Below the pieces are notes generated by a model, which was given only the letters and a program-made list of their open reading frames with translations, was not told where the DNA came from and did not search any database. From Candidatus Kuenenia stuttgartensis (GTDB taxonomy: Bacteria > Planctomycetota > Planctomycetia > Pirellulales > UBA1268), in NCBI GenBank assembly GCA_945891385.1, contig CAMDDJ010000012.1, positions 1,940 to 65,939 on the forward strand: 64,000 bases of DNA. Direction: 5' to 3'. A program made the translations under genes and the position numbers. Each line of letters begins with the position of its first letter. Position 1 is the stretch's first letter. Of the stretch, positions 16,658 to 25,914 are shown piece after piece.

Positions 16658-19255
16658 TCAGACCTTGAACCGCTTGACGAGATCCCGCAGGCCCTGGGCC
16701 TGCGCGCCGAGTTGTTCGGCGCTGGCCGCCATCTCTTCGGCGGCCGCGGCGTTCGACTCAGTCGTGTGCGACACGGATCGAATCGCCATCTTCACCTCGG
16801 TGGCGTTGGCAGACTGCGACTCGGTGGAGGTGGCGATGGCGGCGATGCCGGTGGCGGTCGCCTCCACGGCAGAAACGATCGCCGCCAGCGACTGCCCCAC
16901 CTTCTCCGAGAGTTGGGCGCCATGCTCGACCCGCTTGGTCGACTCATGGATCAGCACCGTAATCTCCTTGGCCGCCTCGCTCGCTCGCTCCGCGAGCTTG
17001 CGGACCTCGTCGGCCACCACCGCGAAGCCAAGGCCATGCTCGCCGGCCCGGGCCGCCTCGATCGCCGCGTTGAGGGCCAGAAGATTGGTCTGAGAAGCGA
17101 TCTCGCTGATCACCTGGATGATGTCCTCGATCTGCTCCGAGGAGCGGCGGATCGTTCGCATCGATTCGATGGCGTCGGTCACCGCCAGGCTGCCGGCCTG
17201 GGCCAGGTCGGTGGTCTTGCCGGCCTGGGCCCGCGACTGGATCGCGCTCTGCGAGATCGTCTCGATCGAGCTGACGAGCTGCTCGACGGCGGCGGTCATC
17301 TCTTCGACGCTTGCGGCCTGCGATTGGGCGCCGTCACTCAGGCTCCCGGCGCTCTCCGCAATCATTCTTGCTCCCTCGTTCTGCTGGTCGGCCGCCTCGG
17401 AAATCTGCCCGATGATGTCGCGGAGATCGCCCAGCATCCGCACCGCATTGGCCCCCAGCATCGCCATCTCGTCGTCACCGTCGATCGTCACGCCCCGGCT
17501 GAGATCACCGGCCGATGCGGCGGAGAAGACTTCCGAGAGCAGCCCGACCTTCGTCTCCAACGACTCCTTGGCCGCCTGAACCCCCGCCTGCAACTCCCGC
17601 TCACGTTCTTCGGCCCGGACCCGGTCGGTGATCACCTCCCAGGTCAGGAGTGGGCCCATGTAGCCCCCCTTCGCGTCACAGAGCGCCGACACGCTCAGAT
17701 CGAGCACCTCGTCGCCCAGCCGGCTTTGTGACCGATGGGGAAGGTTGGCCGGATCGGCCAGGAGCCGCTGCTGACGCTCGGAATCCCGGTGGAAGATGTC
17801 GATCGGCTTGCCGATCATCTCGTCGACCCGGCAAGGAAGCAGGTGCTGCAGCGTCTGCAGCGAATGACGCGAAGCGGGATTCATGTACGTGATCTTGAGA
17901 TCACGATCGGCGAGGATGAGTCGCACGGCGGCGTTTTCCACCATCTGCGAGAGCCGCTGCTGGGTCTCCTGATCGCGGGTGAGTCGCCGGGAAATCAGGA
18001 GCGAAGCCGCCACGATGCCTGCCGCGGTGAGACCGAACAGCCAGCCCGCAAACGTTCGAAGCCGATGGACCGGGGCCAGGATCTCCGCCTCGTCGACCTC
18101 GGAAATCAGGGCCCAGCGAACGGCCGTGGAGCCCTCGTCGTCGCTCTTGAAGACGTCTACAGGCGTCCACGAGGAGAGCACCCGCTGCCCGCGGTAGTCG
18201 ATGATGGCGGCGGTCCCGGAGCCCCCGGCCTCGAGGGCATCGCGGACCGGTCGGGTCGTGACTTCGAACTTCGGATTGATGATGGTCGAGGTCACGCCCA
18301 GATCGCGGGCGAATCGCGAGTTCGACCGAAACAGGTGGTCGGGGCCGATGGCGTAGGTTTCACCGGTTTCCCCGAGGCCGGTCGTCTCGCCGATGATCTT
18401 GCTCGAGGTGTCGAGCGGAATCTGGAAGGCGAGCACGCCCGTCACCTTGCCGTCTTCGAGCAGGGGCGTAGCAATGAAGCTGGCCGGGGCCATGTAGGAG
18501 GGCAGGTAGCGGTCGAATTCGCCGTAGGCGACCGTGCCGGCCCGGCCCAGACCGACCGCAGCGGCGAAGGCCTTCGCCAGATTGGTCGTGGCGAGCGGGC
18601 CGGAGGTGAGCGAGGCCCCGAAGTCGATCTCCTTGAAGACCGTGTACAGGATCTGTCCGGTCGCGGCATCGATCAGGAAGATGTCATACACGCCGTGACG
18701 CTGGAGAATCTCGCGAAACATCGGATGGAATTGACGGTGCGTCGCAGAGTAGGCCGAGCCGTCACCCGCGTCGTCGAGCAACTGCTTGGAACCGATCGGA
18801 TGTGGGTTGGTGCGGATGTAGAGATCCTGGAGCCGCACGGCCGAGTCGGGCAGGGCAGCGACGTAGGGACGCATGTCGATATCGGTCTGGTTGGCCTGCC
18901 GGTAGGCCGGGTCGAAGCTCACCGCGTAGCCTGCGGCGAGGGCGGCCCGCTCCGGCGGGGCATCGTCGGCGGGAACGATCTCGGCAATCGCAGTCCGCAG
19001 GGCCGCGACCGCCTCCTGGGGGCGGCCGCTCGCTGCGGTGGCGAGCAATTCCTCGCGGAGCGTGCCGAAATACCGCTCGACCGATTGGGCCGTGATCGTC
19101 CGCACCGCCTCGAGCCGTGAGCAGGCCTCACGGTGGAGTGACGAAGAAGCCGAGCGGTACATCGACAGGCCGAGCACGGCGAGCGGCACGAGCGACATCA
19201 CGAGCAAGGCTGTGAGAATCAGTCGCCGGAGTGAGGCGTCGGACGAGAAGTTCAT
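16658..19255 (-). CDS. Methyl-accepting chemotaxis protein (two TM helices, Cache-like periplasmic domain, cytoplasmic PAS, MA signalling domain)
   Basis: The highly conserved MCP hairpin tip is present: [38 protein letters not shown]. Periplasmic segment [24 protein letters not shown] (Cache-like). PAS-like segment [15 protein letters not shown]. Confidence 0.9.
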   Translation of the reverse strand: MNFSSDASLRRLILTALLVMSLVPLAVLGLSMYRSASSSLHREACSRLEAVRTITAQSVERYFGTLREELLATAASGRPQEAVAALRTAIAEIVPADDAPPERAALAAGYAVSFDPAYRQANQTDIDMRPYVAALPDSAVRLQDLYIRTNPHPIGSKQLLDDAGDGSAYSATHRQFHPMFREILQRHGVYDIFLIDAATGQILYTVFKEIDFGASLTSGPLATTNLAKAFAAAVGLGRAGTVAYGEFDRYLPSYMAPASFIATPLLEDGKVTGVLAFQIPLDTSSKIIGETTGLGETGETYAIGPDHLFRSNSRFARDLGVTSTIINPKFEVTTRPVRDALEAGGSGTAAIIDYRGQRVLSSWTPVDVFKSDDEGSTAVRWALISEVDEAEILAPVHRLRTFAGWLFGLTAAGIVAASLLISRRLTRDQETQQRLSQMVENAAVRLILADRDLKITYMNPASRHSLQTLQHLLPCRVDEMIGKPIDIFHRDSERQQRLLADPANLPHRSQSRLGDEVLDLSVSALCDAKGGYMGPLLTWEVITDRVRAEERERELQAGVQAAKESLETKVGLLSEVFSAASAGDLSRGVTIDGDDEMAMLGANAVRMLGDLRDIIGQISEAADQQNEGARMIAESAGSLSDGAQSQAASVEEMTAAVEQLVSSIETISQSAIQSRAQAGKTTDLAQAGSLAVTDAIESMRTIRRSSEQIEDIIQVISEIASQTNLLALNAAIEAARAGEHGLGFAVVADEVRKLAERASEAAKEITVLIHESTKRVEHGAQLSEKVGQSLAAIVSAVEATATGIAAIATSTESQSANATEVKMAIRSVSHTTESNAAAAEEMAASAEQLGAQAQGLRDLVKRFKV

Positions 19256-19779
19256 CGGGCAGTTGTTCCGTCGGAGGAGAGGCGGTCGGGAGCGGGCGGG
19301 CCGCCCGCGCGATGGACCCGCTCGAGCAGGGCGGGATCGAGCAGTTGATCGACGTCGAGCACGATGGCGATGTCGTCGCCGATGCGGGCGAAGCCGGCCA
19401 CGTAGTGCGGGCCTTCGGTGGTCACAGCGTCAGCGGCAGGCTTGAGTTGGTCGGCGGCGAGGCGGATCACGTGGGAAACGGCATCGACGGTGCAGCCGAC
19501 GGTGCGGCTCCCCACGACCACGACGATCGTCCGTGAGTCGGCGTCGATGGGGCGGGCGGGCAGCCCGAAGAGCAGCCGAAGGTCGATGACGGGGATGATC
19601 GTGCCGCGGAGATTGCTCACGCCGAGCACGTAGGCAGGAACCTCCGGTAGCCGGGTCACCCGGGCCGGTGTGATGATCTCCTGGATCCGCTCGATCTGAA
19701 AAAGATACTGCTGCGCGTCGAGTTCGAACCCGACGAATTGCGAGGCGGTGGTGGTATCGGGAGAGCGGACCGAAGGCAT
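19252..19779 (-). CDS. cheW: Chemotaxis coupling protein CheW
   Basis: [53 protein letters not shown] at 19779; the stop overlaps the mcp start. Confidence 0.85.
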   Translation of the reverse strand: MPSVRSPDTTTASQFVGFELDAQQYLFQIERIQEIITPARVTRLPEVPAYVLGVSNLRGTIIPVIDLRLLFGLPARPIDADSRTIVVVVGSRTVGCTVDAVSHVIRLAADQLKPAADAVTTEGPHYVAGFARIGDDIAIVLDVDQLLDPALLERVHRAGGPPAPDRLSSDGTTAR

Positions 19780-19989
19780 GGCGAGACGATCCGGGAGCCG
19801 ATGGCATGTCGCATCGCCTGCGGGCACCGAGCGCAACCGCGACACCACTCAGGGTATAGTTCGTGGTTCCGTGCCATTCAAATCCTGGCCGGGTTTTGCT
19901 GCCGTTGGCTGGCTTTGGCGACCGGTCGTCCGTCACAATCGTCGGGGACGGCACCATCGCCCCCTCGTTTTGCCCCGGGCAGCACCCCG

Positions 19990-21039
19990 ATGCATCCAGC
20001 ACCGCTCAGAATCGCCGTGATCGACGACTCGGCGCTCTACCGCCAGATGCTGCTCAACGTGCTCGCCCGGGTGCCCGCCGCCGAGGTCGTGGGCACGGCG
20101 GCGACAGGGCTCGAGGGCGTGGAACTCGTCGCCCGCACGCGGCCCGACGTCGTCACGCTCGACGTGCAGATGCCCGGCATGGATGGGATCGAGGTGCTGC
20201 GGGAGTTTCGGCGCCGCGGTCTCGACGTCTGCACGATCATGGTCAGCAGCCTGACGGCCGAAGGCGCCCCGGCGACCGTCGCAGCCCTCATGGAGGGGGC
20301 GTTCGACTACGTGCTCAAGCCCGCGGGGAGCTTCGCCCATGAGAACCGTGAGCAGTTGCTGGTGGAACTGGCGGCGAAGATCGCCGCCATCCAGGCCACC
20401 CACTCCGCTCCCGCACCGGTCGCCCCGGAGCGGCATCGATCGGTTCCGCGTGGCCGCTATGCTGCGATCGCCATCGGCACGTCGACTGGTGGGCCCCAGG
20501 CGTTGCGGTGCCTCATCCCGGAGATGCCGCTCGATCTCTCGCTTCCCGTGTTCGTCGTCCAGCACATTCCGGCGGAGTTCTCCCGGAGCCTGGCGGCCCG
20601 CCTGGCCTCCATCTCCAAGATCCCCGTGGTGGAGGTCTCCGATGGCATGCCTGTGGTCGCGGGCAGGGTGCATCTGGCTGCGGGTGGCCGGCACCTGACC
20701 GTCCACCGGCGCGGCGATGCCGTCGTCTGCCGGCTCGACGACGGTCCGCCTCGCAAGGGGTGCCGTCCGTCCTTCGATCAACTGCTCGAGTCGCTCATCG
20801 AGGTGTACGACGGCCGGGTGATCGCCGCCGTGCTCACGGGCATGGGCCGCGACGGTCTCGAGGGCTGTCGCCAACTCGCGGCCCGCGGCGGACTGATCGT
20901 GGCCGAGGCGGCATCCTCCTGCGTCGTCTATGGCATGCCGAAGGCTGTGATCGACGCGGGGCTTGCCCACGAGGTCGCGCCGCTTCCGGAGGTCGCGACT
21001 CGCCTGACGCAGGCGGTGCGTGACCTGCCGCTCGACTGA
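19990..21039 (+). CDS. cheB: Chemotaxis response regulator protein-glutamate methylesterase CheB
   Basis: Receiver domain (RIAVIDDSALYR...DVVTLDVQMPGMDG) plus a methylesterase domain (IGTSTGGPQAL, VVQHIP, LTGMGRDG). ATG at 19990; divergent from cheW. Confidence 0.9.
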   Translation: MHPAPLRIAVIDDSALYRQMLLNVLARVPAAEVVGTAATGLEGVELVARTRPDVVTLDVQMPGMDGIEVLREFRRRGLDVCTIMVSSLTAEGAPATVAALMEGAFDYVLKPAGSFAHENREQLLVELAAKIAAIQATHSAPAPVAPERHRSVPRGRYAAIAIGTSTGGPQALRCLIPEMPLDLSLPVFVVQHIPAEFSRSLAARLASISKIPVVEVSDGMPVVAGRVHLAAGGRHLTVHRRGDAVVCRLDDGPPRKGCRPSFDQLLESLIEVYDGRVIAAVLTGMGRDGLEGCRQLAARGGLIVAEAASSCVVYGMPKAVIDAGLAHEVAPLPEVATRLTQAVRDLPLD

Positions 21040-21068
21040 ACGCCACTGCGCACGCAGGCCGACGCGGG

Positions 21069-21296
21069 CTACTCGTGCTCGCCGACGACGTGGGCTTCGC
21101 CGTCGCCGTCGAAATCGATGTGCAGCCGCATCGGATGGCAGCAGACCGGGCAGTCTTCGACGTAGTCCTGGTGGTCACCGGCCGAAATGTCGAGCGGCAC
21201 CACGATCTCCTCCCCACAGGAATCGCAGACATACGTCGCCTCCTGCTCGACCGCCAGGTGATGGGCCGCGAGTCTTTTTCGTCGGTGGTTGGCCAT
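21069..21296 (-). CDS. Small CPxCG-type zinc-ribbon protein (75 aa)
   Basis: YVCDSCGEE...DCPVCCHPM gives two Cys pairs (CxxC ... CPxCC), as in CPXCG-motif cysteine-rich proteins. ATG at 21296. Confidence 0.6.
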   Translation of the reverse strand: MANHRRKRLAAHHLAVEQEATYVCDSCGEEIVVPLDISAGDHQDYVEDCPVCCHPMRLHIDFDGDGEAHVVGEHE

Positions 21297-21468
21297 GATC
21301 GTTGCTCCCGCTGGGTGCACGGATCTCCCTCGATCCCCGCCGCGGATTCTACGCCGGAAGCCGCTCGCGGACACACTCCCGGCCTCGCGACTCCGCCTGA
21401 AGAACGGGTCAGGGTACGATAGGAACGACAGCAGCCCTCGCGAGACACTCCCGGACTGGAGTCCTTCG

Positions 21469-22248
21469 ATGAACAGCCTCCTGCGAAAGGTGCAGATTCC
21501 CCCCGGCTGCCGAGTGTCGGCAGCGAGCGTGTGCGGCGTGCTCGCGGTGGCCCATGCGTGCGCGATGGCCCAGCCGGTCGCCCCGCCCTCGAGCGAGCCG
21601 CCAGCGGCTGTGGCACCGCCGTCCGCTGATGACGCAGCCCGGAAGGCCAACCTGATGGCTGGTGAACGCTGGCGCCGGGCGATGTTCGAGTTCGACCAGT
21701 GGCTGGCCCGTCAGCCGGTCTACACGCCCGCCCAGGTGCGGAAGATCCGTGCTGACCTCGCCACTCGGATCGAGACGATGTCGTCCTTCGAGCTCGAGTA
21801 CCTCCTCGACACGCTCGAGGGAAAACTCGCCGTGCTCGAGAGCCCGGCGGCCGAAGAGGCCCGCGACTGGCTCGGTCGCTACCTTTCTGTGATGGCCGAC
21901 CGGAAGCGTCAGGAGGTTCTTGGGGAGGTGCCCAACGTCCTCGATATGTCGGCGAGCGAACTCGAGGCGGCGGTCCGCCGTGTCGAGGCCAAGCGGACCG
22001 CCGTCGAGCAGCAGCATCGCCGCTCGCTCGAGACCCGCGACACGACCGCCGCGCTCGTCGAGGCAACTCGTCAGCAGCAGGAGGCACGGGCCGCCGTCGC
22101 CGCGAGCCGGCCAGCTCCGGAGATCTACTCGCCCTACCGCGGAACGAGCGGTTCTGATCCGCCCTTCGCCGGGAGCTACGAGAGCCCCGCCGTAGTCGGT
22201 GCCAGTCCCTGGGGTTCCTACCTGCAGATTCCGATGACCGCGTTTTAG
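21469..22248 (+). CDS. Secreted hypothetical protein, paralog A of 47564-48298
   Basis: Signal-like N-terminus MNSLLRKVQIPPGCRVSAASVCGVLAVAHACAMA. Clearly alignable to the 47564-48298 product (KANLMAGERWRRAM../KADLMHSPRWQRAV..; MSSFELEYLLDTLEGKL/MSSYELEYLLDSISAKL; NVLDMSASEL/NILDMSAAQL; YSPYRG/HSPYRSG). Confidence 0.6.
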   Translation: MNSLLRKVQIPPGCRVSAASVCGVLAVAHACAMAQPVAPPSSEPPAAVAPPSADDAARKANLMAGERWRRAMFEFDQWLARQPVYTPAQVRKIRADLATRIETMSSFELEYLLDTLEGKLAVLESPAAEEARDWLGRYLSVMADRKRQEVLGEVPNVLDMSASELEAAVRRVEAKRTAVEQQHRRSLETRDTTAALVEATRQQQEARAAVAASRPAPEIYSPYRGTSGSDPPFAGSYESPAVVGASPWGSYLQIPMTAF

Positions 22249-22274
22249 TGCGGCTGAGAGGCGGTGGCTTCACC

Positions 22275-22352
22275 GGCTCGGGGGCGGCAAAAGTCGCGTC
22301 GCGGGCGAGGATACGCCCCGATTGCTCCGCGAGCGTTCGCCGACCTGAGCCT
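22275..22352 (+). repeat. Palindromic intergenic repeat, copy 2
   Basis: GGCTCGGGGGCGGCAAAAGTCGCGTCGCGGGCGAGGATACGCCCCGATTGCTCCGCGAGCGTTCGCCGACCTGAGCC. Starts 27 nt after the stop of the 21469-22248 gene, between convergent genes. Confidence 0.85.
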
Positions 22353-22384
22353 CTCCGCTTCCGTGTCGGTCTCTCAGATCCGCT

Positions 22385-24394
22385 CTAGCCGTCGGCGGGG
22401 GCGGCGTCGGGAGGCGGCTGCACCGGGCTCGGCCCGCTCATCGACAGCCGGAGCCGATACTCGGGGTGTTCCGGATCAGAGCGGAGAAACTGGGCGTAGA
22501 TCGGACCGTCGCCTGGCCATTCCCGCGTGCCGGTGAGCCGGGCCCGCACCCAGATCTCCCGCGAGCCGGCCACATGCTCGCCGATCTCGAAGGGGCCTCC
22601 GCCGAAGCCGCCCCGGTTGGCTTCGCGGGTCACGAGGTTCGTCCACCGCTCGCCATCCGGTGACACATCGAGCGCTGCCCGCGCGCCGGGGTCGTAGGGA
22701 AACGGGTCGCCCGTCGTCCAGACCGCCACGCCTGCGGAGAGGTTGGCCGCCCGGATCGCGAAGGGGGCGGTGAACCGCAGCACGATCGAGCCCTCCTGGC
22801 CGAGGACGGTCGGTCGGATGAACGTGGCGGCCCCCGCCGAGCGCTCCGTGTAACACTCGACGTCGGTCATCGAGACCACGTGCCGCTGCCAGTCGTCGTC
22901 GAACAGGTTGAAGCTGATGACCTGGTAGGGCGGCATCTGCCAGTCGATCCGGGCCGGTGCCGCCAGCCGGCGGCCCGACAGGTCGAGCGGACTGGTGGGT
23001 GTGCCAATGAGTTCGAGCTGGTAGCGGCCCTCGGTCGCCGTCACGCGGTCGAGACCGCGAACCTCCCACCGCTCGCGCCGGCCGACCACCTCGACACCGT
23101 CGAGCGGCACCGGCTGGCCATCCCGCATCAGCCGGAAGTCGGCCAGGGAAACCGCTTGGACCGGTTCCGAGAAGTCGACACTGACCCACTGCAGGGGTGT
23201 GGAGCGGGTGCTCGCGATATTCGGAATGCTCGCCGTAGGCCCGCGGCCGGGGGTGACAGAGGGGCGGCCTGCTGCGAGAAAGGCGAGGCTCAATCCGGCA
23301 GCCGTGACCACTGCGGCCACACCGGCCGCCACGACCGCGCGGTGCCGGCGGGCCCAGGCCCGGCAGACGGCCAGGACTCCGGGGCGACGGGCCCGAAGCG
23401 GAAGGTCCACGAGCAGGCGGCGGATGTCATCGGCCAGATCCCGGGCGTCGGCGTATCGATCGGCAGGCCGCTTGGCCAGGCACGTCGCGGCGATCGTCTC
23501 GAGTCCGGGGCCAAGCCTGCGGTCGGGGATGCTGAGTCGCCGCGGAATTTCCTCCCGCACGACCCGGGCTGTCTCGGTAAGCGAGCGGCCTGCCACGTCA
23601 TAGGGCAGCTGGCCGGTGAGCAGTTCATGCAGGATCACGCCCAAGGCGTAGACGTCGGTGCGAGGGTCGACGAGGCCTCCGTCGCACTGCTCAGGACTCA
23701 TGTATTGCCGCGTCCCGACGAATACGCCCGTCTCGGTAAACCCGCCCCCATCGTCCTCTGGCAGGCGGGCGACGCCGAAATCGATCACTTTCGGGTGGCC
23801 CGCGGCATCGACGAGGATGTTCGCCGGCTTGAGGTCGCGGTGCACGATGCCGAGGGAGTGGGCGGATCCGACGGCAGCGCAGATGTCGGCGAACATCGCC
23901 AGCCGCGGCCGCGGTCGCAGGCCAGCCCGGTCGCAGGCCAGCACGAGCGGCTCGCCGCCGGCCACGTATTCCATCACGAAATAGGGCGTGGCCTCGCCGT
24001 CGATGAGGGTGGAGCCCGCCGTGAACACCTGGGCGATGCCTGGATGCTGGAGGCGGCCGAGGAGTTCCGCCTCCCGCTGAAACCGCTGCCCCGCCACGGG
24101 CGATCCTCCGGTTGGTCGCATCACCTTGACCGCGACGAGCCGGTCGGGTGACCGTTGGCGGGCCAGGTAGACCCGGCCCATCCCACCCTGGGCCAGCAAT
24201 CGATCGATGCGAAACTCACCGAGGTCTCGACCCAGCAGCGCTGTCGTCTGGGATGCGTCGCGGTCGGGGCCCAGCCCGAAGTCCGTGGACTGCTGGGAGA
24301 GTTCAGCGTGGGTGGGTGCGGTATCGCCGTTCGGCCGGTCGGCGACCGGGCTCGGCGTTTCCTCAGCCGCAGCAGGCCGCCGCTCGTGATGCAT
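22385..24394 (-). CDS. Serine/threonine protein kinase with one TM helix and ~300-aa extracytoplasmic domain of unknown type
   Basis: Hanks kinase motifs: GGMGRVYLARQ, VAVKV, HRDLKPANILVD, DFG, SPEQ. TM helix AVVAAGVAAVVTAAGLSLAFLAA, then an uncharacterised C-terminal domain. Confidence 0.9.
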   Translation of the reverse strand: MHHERRPAAAEETPSPVADRPNGDTAPTHAELSQQSTDFGLGPDRDASQTTALLGRDLGEFRIDRLLAQGGMGRVYLARQRSPDRLVAVKVMRPTGGSPVAGQRFQREAELLGRLQHPGIAQVFTAGSTLIDGEATPYFVMEYVAGGEPLVLACDRAGLRPRPRLAMFADICAAVGSAHSLGIVHRDLKPANILVDAAGHPKVIDFGVARLPEDDGGGFTETGVFVGTRQYMSPEQCDGGLVDPRTDVYALGVILHELLTGQLPYDVAGRSLTETARVVREEIPRRLSIPDRRLGPGLETIAATCLAKRPADRYADARDLADDIRRLLVDLPLRARRPGVLAVCRAWARRHRAVVAAGVAAVVTAAGLSLAFLAAGRPSVTPGRGPTASIPNIASTRSTPLQWVSVDFSEPVQAVSLADFRLMRDGQPVPLDGVEVVGRRERWEVRGLDRVTATEGRYQLELIGTPTSPLDLSGRRLAAPARIDWQMPPYQVISFNLFDDDWQRHVVSMTDVECYTERSAGAATFIRPTVLGQEGSIVLRFTAPFAIRAANLSAGVAVWTTGDPFPYDPGARAALDVSPDGERWTNLVTREANRGGFGGGPFEIGEHVAGSREIWVRARLTGTREWPGDGPIYAQFLRSDPEHPEYRLRLSMSGPSPVQPPPDAAPADG

Positions 24395-24514
24395 GCACTC
24401 GCCTCTCCGCGACCGTGTGTCGGCCCCCTGGTTGTGGCTGCGGAGCCCAGGTGGGTTCGCCGTACCGAGGCATCCCGTATCATGCGGCCGCGGGGTCTTT
24501 CCCAGGCCGTCGAT

Positions 24515-25150
24515 TCACCCCAGACCGTGGCGCAGCGCCCAGACCGCCGCCTGCGTGCGATCGTTGACCGCGAGTTTCCGGAGCAGGTTCTGCACGTGTT
24601 CCTTCACGGTTTCCACGCTGATCTCGAGGGCGTCGCCGATCTCCTGATTCGAGAGGCCCATCGTGATCAGTCGCAGCACCTGCGTTTCCCGGGGCGTGAG
24701 CGGGATCCCGAGATTCTCCGGTGTCTCGCGGCGCGCCATCTGCCCGGCCATCCGGCGAAGTTGGCCGGCTCGGGTCGGGGGGTCGCCGGCCGCGGCGCCC
24801 TGCACGGCCGTCAGCACCTCGTCGCGGCCGGCCGTCTTGAGCAGGTAGTCATGCGCGCCAGCGGCGATCGCACGGGCGACGTAGGTGGGATTGTCGAAGG
24901 CGGAGAACATCACGACCCGCGACTGGGGCGCGGCCGCCCGGATGCTGCGAATCGCATCGAGGCCATCGTGGTCGCCGAATCGTACGTCGAGCAACACGAC
25001 ATCGGGCCTGAGCTTTTTCGCCTGCTTGACGGTTTCTTCGAGCGAGGTCGATTCGCCGCAGACCCTGACCCCGGATCCCTCGAACAGGCTGACGAGGCCT
25101 TTTCGAACGACGTCATGATCGTCGGCGATGAGCACGGCAGGGGACGGCAT
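24515..25150 (-). CDS. NarL/LuxR-family two-component response regulator
   Basis: Receiver domain (VLIADDHDVVRKGL...DVVLLDVRFGDHDG) plus a LuxR HTH (LTPRETQVLRLITMGLSNQEIGDALEISVETVKEHVQNLLRKL). ATG at 25150. Confidence 0.9.
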   Translation of the reverse strand: MPSPAVLIADDHDVVRKGLVSLFEGSGVRVCGESTSLEETVKQAKKLRPDVVLLDVRFGDHDGLDAIRSIRAAAPQSRVVMFSAFDNPTYVARAIAAGAHDYLLKTAGRDEVLTAVQGAAAGDPPTRAGQLRRMAGQMARRETPENLGIPLTPRETQVLRLITMGLSNQEIGDALEISVETVKEHVQNLLRKLAVNDRTQAAVWALRHGLG

Positions 25151-25206
25151 AGGCCGGAATCGTGGCCCCGTGAGGGGGGTGTTGTCAACCGCTGGGGGTC
25201 GAAAAT

Positions 25207-25914
25207 TTGGAAATGGTAAAAATTCTGGCGGCGGCAAACGGGGTTGTGGCGGTGGCCAAACCGGCGGGGCTGGCGACGCAGGCTGCCCCGGGCGTGCCGT
25301 CGGTAGAGGTCTGGGCCCGGCGGGAAATCACACATCCGTTCGAGTCTGGCTACCTGGGGGTGCCGCATCGGCTCGACCGCGCCGTATCAGGGGTGCTGCT
25401 GCTCGCGGTCACCCCGCGGGCCGCCCGCAAACTCTCCCGCCAGTTCGAGCGGCGGGAGGTGAAGAAGACCTACCTCGCCGTCGTGGCGGCTGCCCCGACG
25501 ACCGAGTCTGGGCAGCAGGGGCCGATCGAGTGGCGAGACACGATCGCCAAGGTCCCCGACGAACCACGGGCCGTGATCGTGGCTGAAGCCGGCGGCGGCC
25601 GCGAGGCCGTGACGATCGCCCAGGTGCGGGAACGGATTGACCTCGCAGGCGGGCCCGGGCTGGTGCTCGAACTCCAGCCACTCACCGGCCGGATGCACCA
25701 GCTCAGGCTGCAGGCCGCGGCGCGGGGCATGCCGGTCGTGGGAGATCTCCTGTACGGCGGCCCGTCGTGGCCCGGAGGCACCGTGGCGAACGCCGATCCG
25801 CGGCTGGCGCCGATCCTGCTGCACGCCTGGAAGATCGCCTATTCCGATCCCGATTCCGGTGACCCGGTCGAGATCACCGCCGACCTGCCCTTGCATTGGC
25901 CCCCGCTCACCTGA
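25207..25914 (+). CDS. RluA-family pseudouridine synthase
   Basis: VVAVAKPAGLATQ, catalytic motif HRLDRAVSGVLLLA, KKTYLAVV and TGRMHQLR. Confidence 0.85.
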   Translation: MEMVKILAAANGVVAVAKPAGLATQAAPGVPSVEVWARREITHPFESGYLGVPHRLDRAVSGVLLLAVTPRAARKLSRQFERREVKKTYLAVVAAAPTTESGQQGPIEWRDTIAKVPDEPRAVIVAEAGGGREAVTIAQVRERIDLAGGPGLVLELQPLTGRMHQLRLQAAARGMPVVGDLLYGGPSWPGGTVANADPRLAPILLHAWKIAYSDPDSGDPVEITADLPLHWPPLT

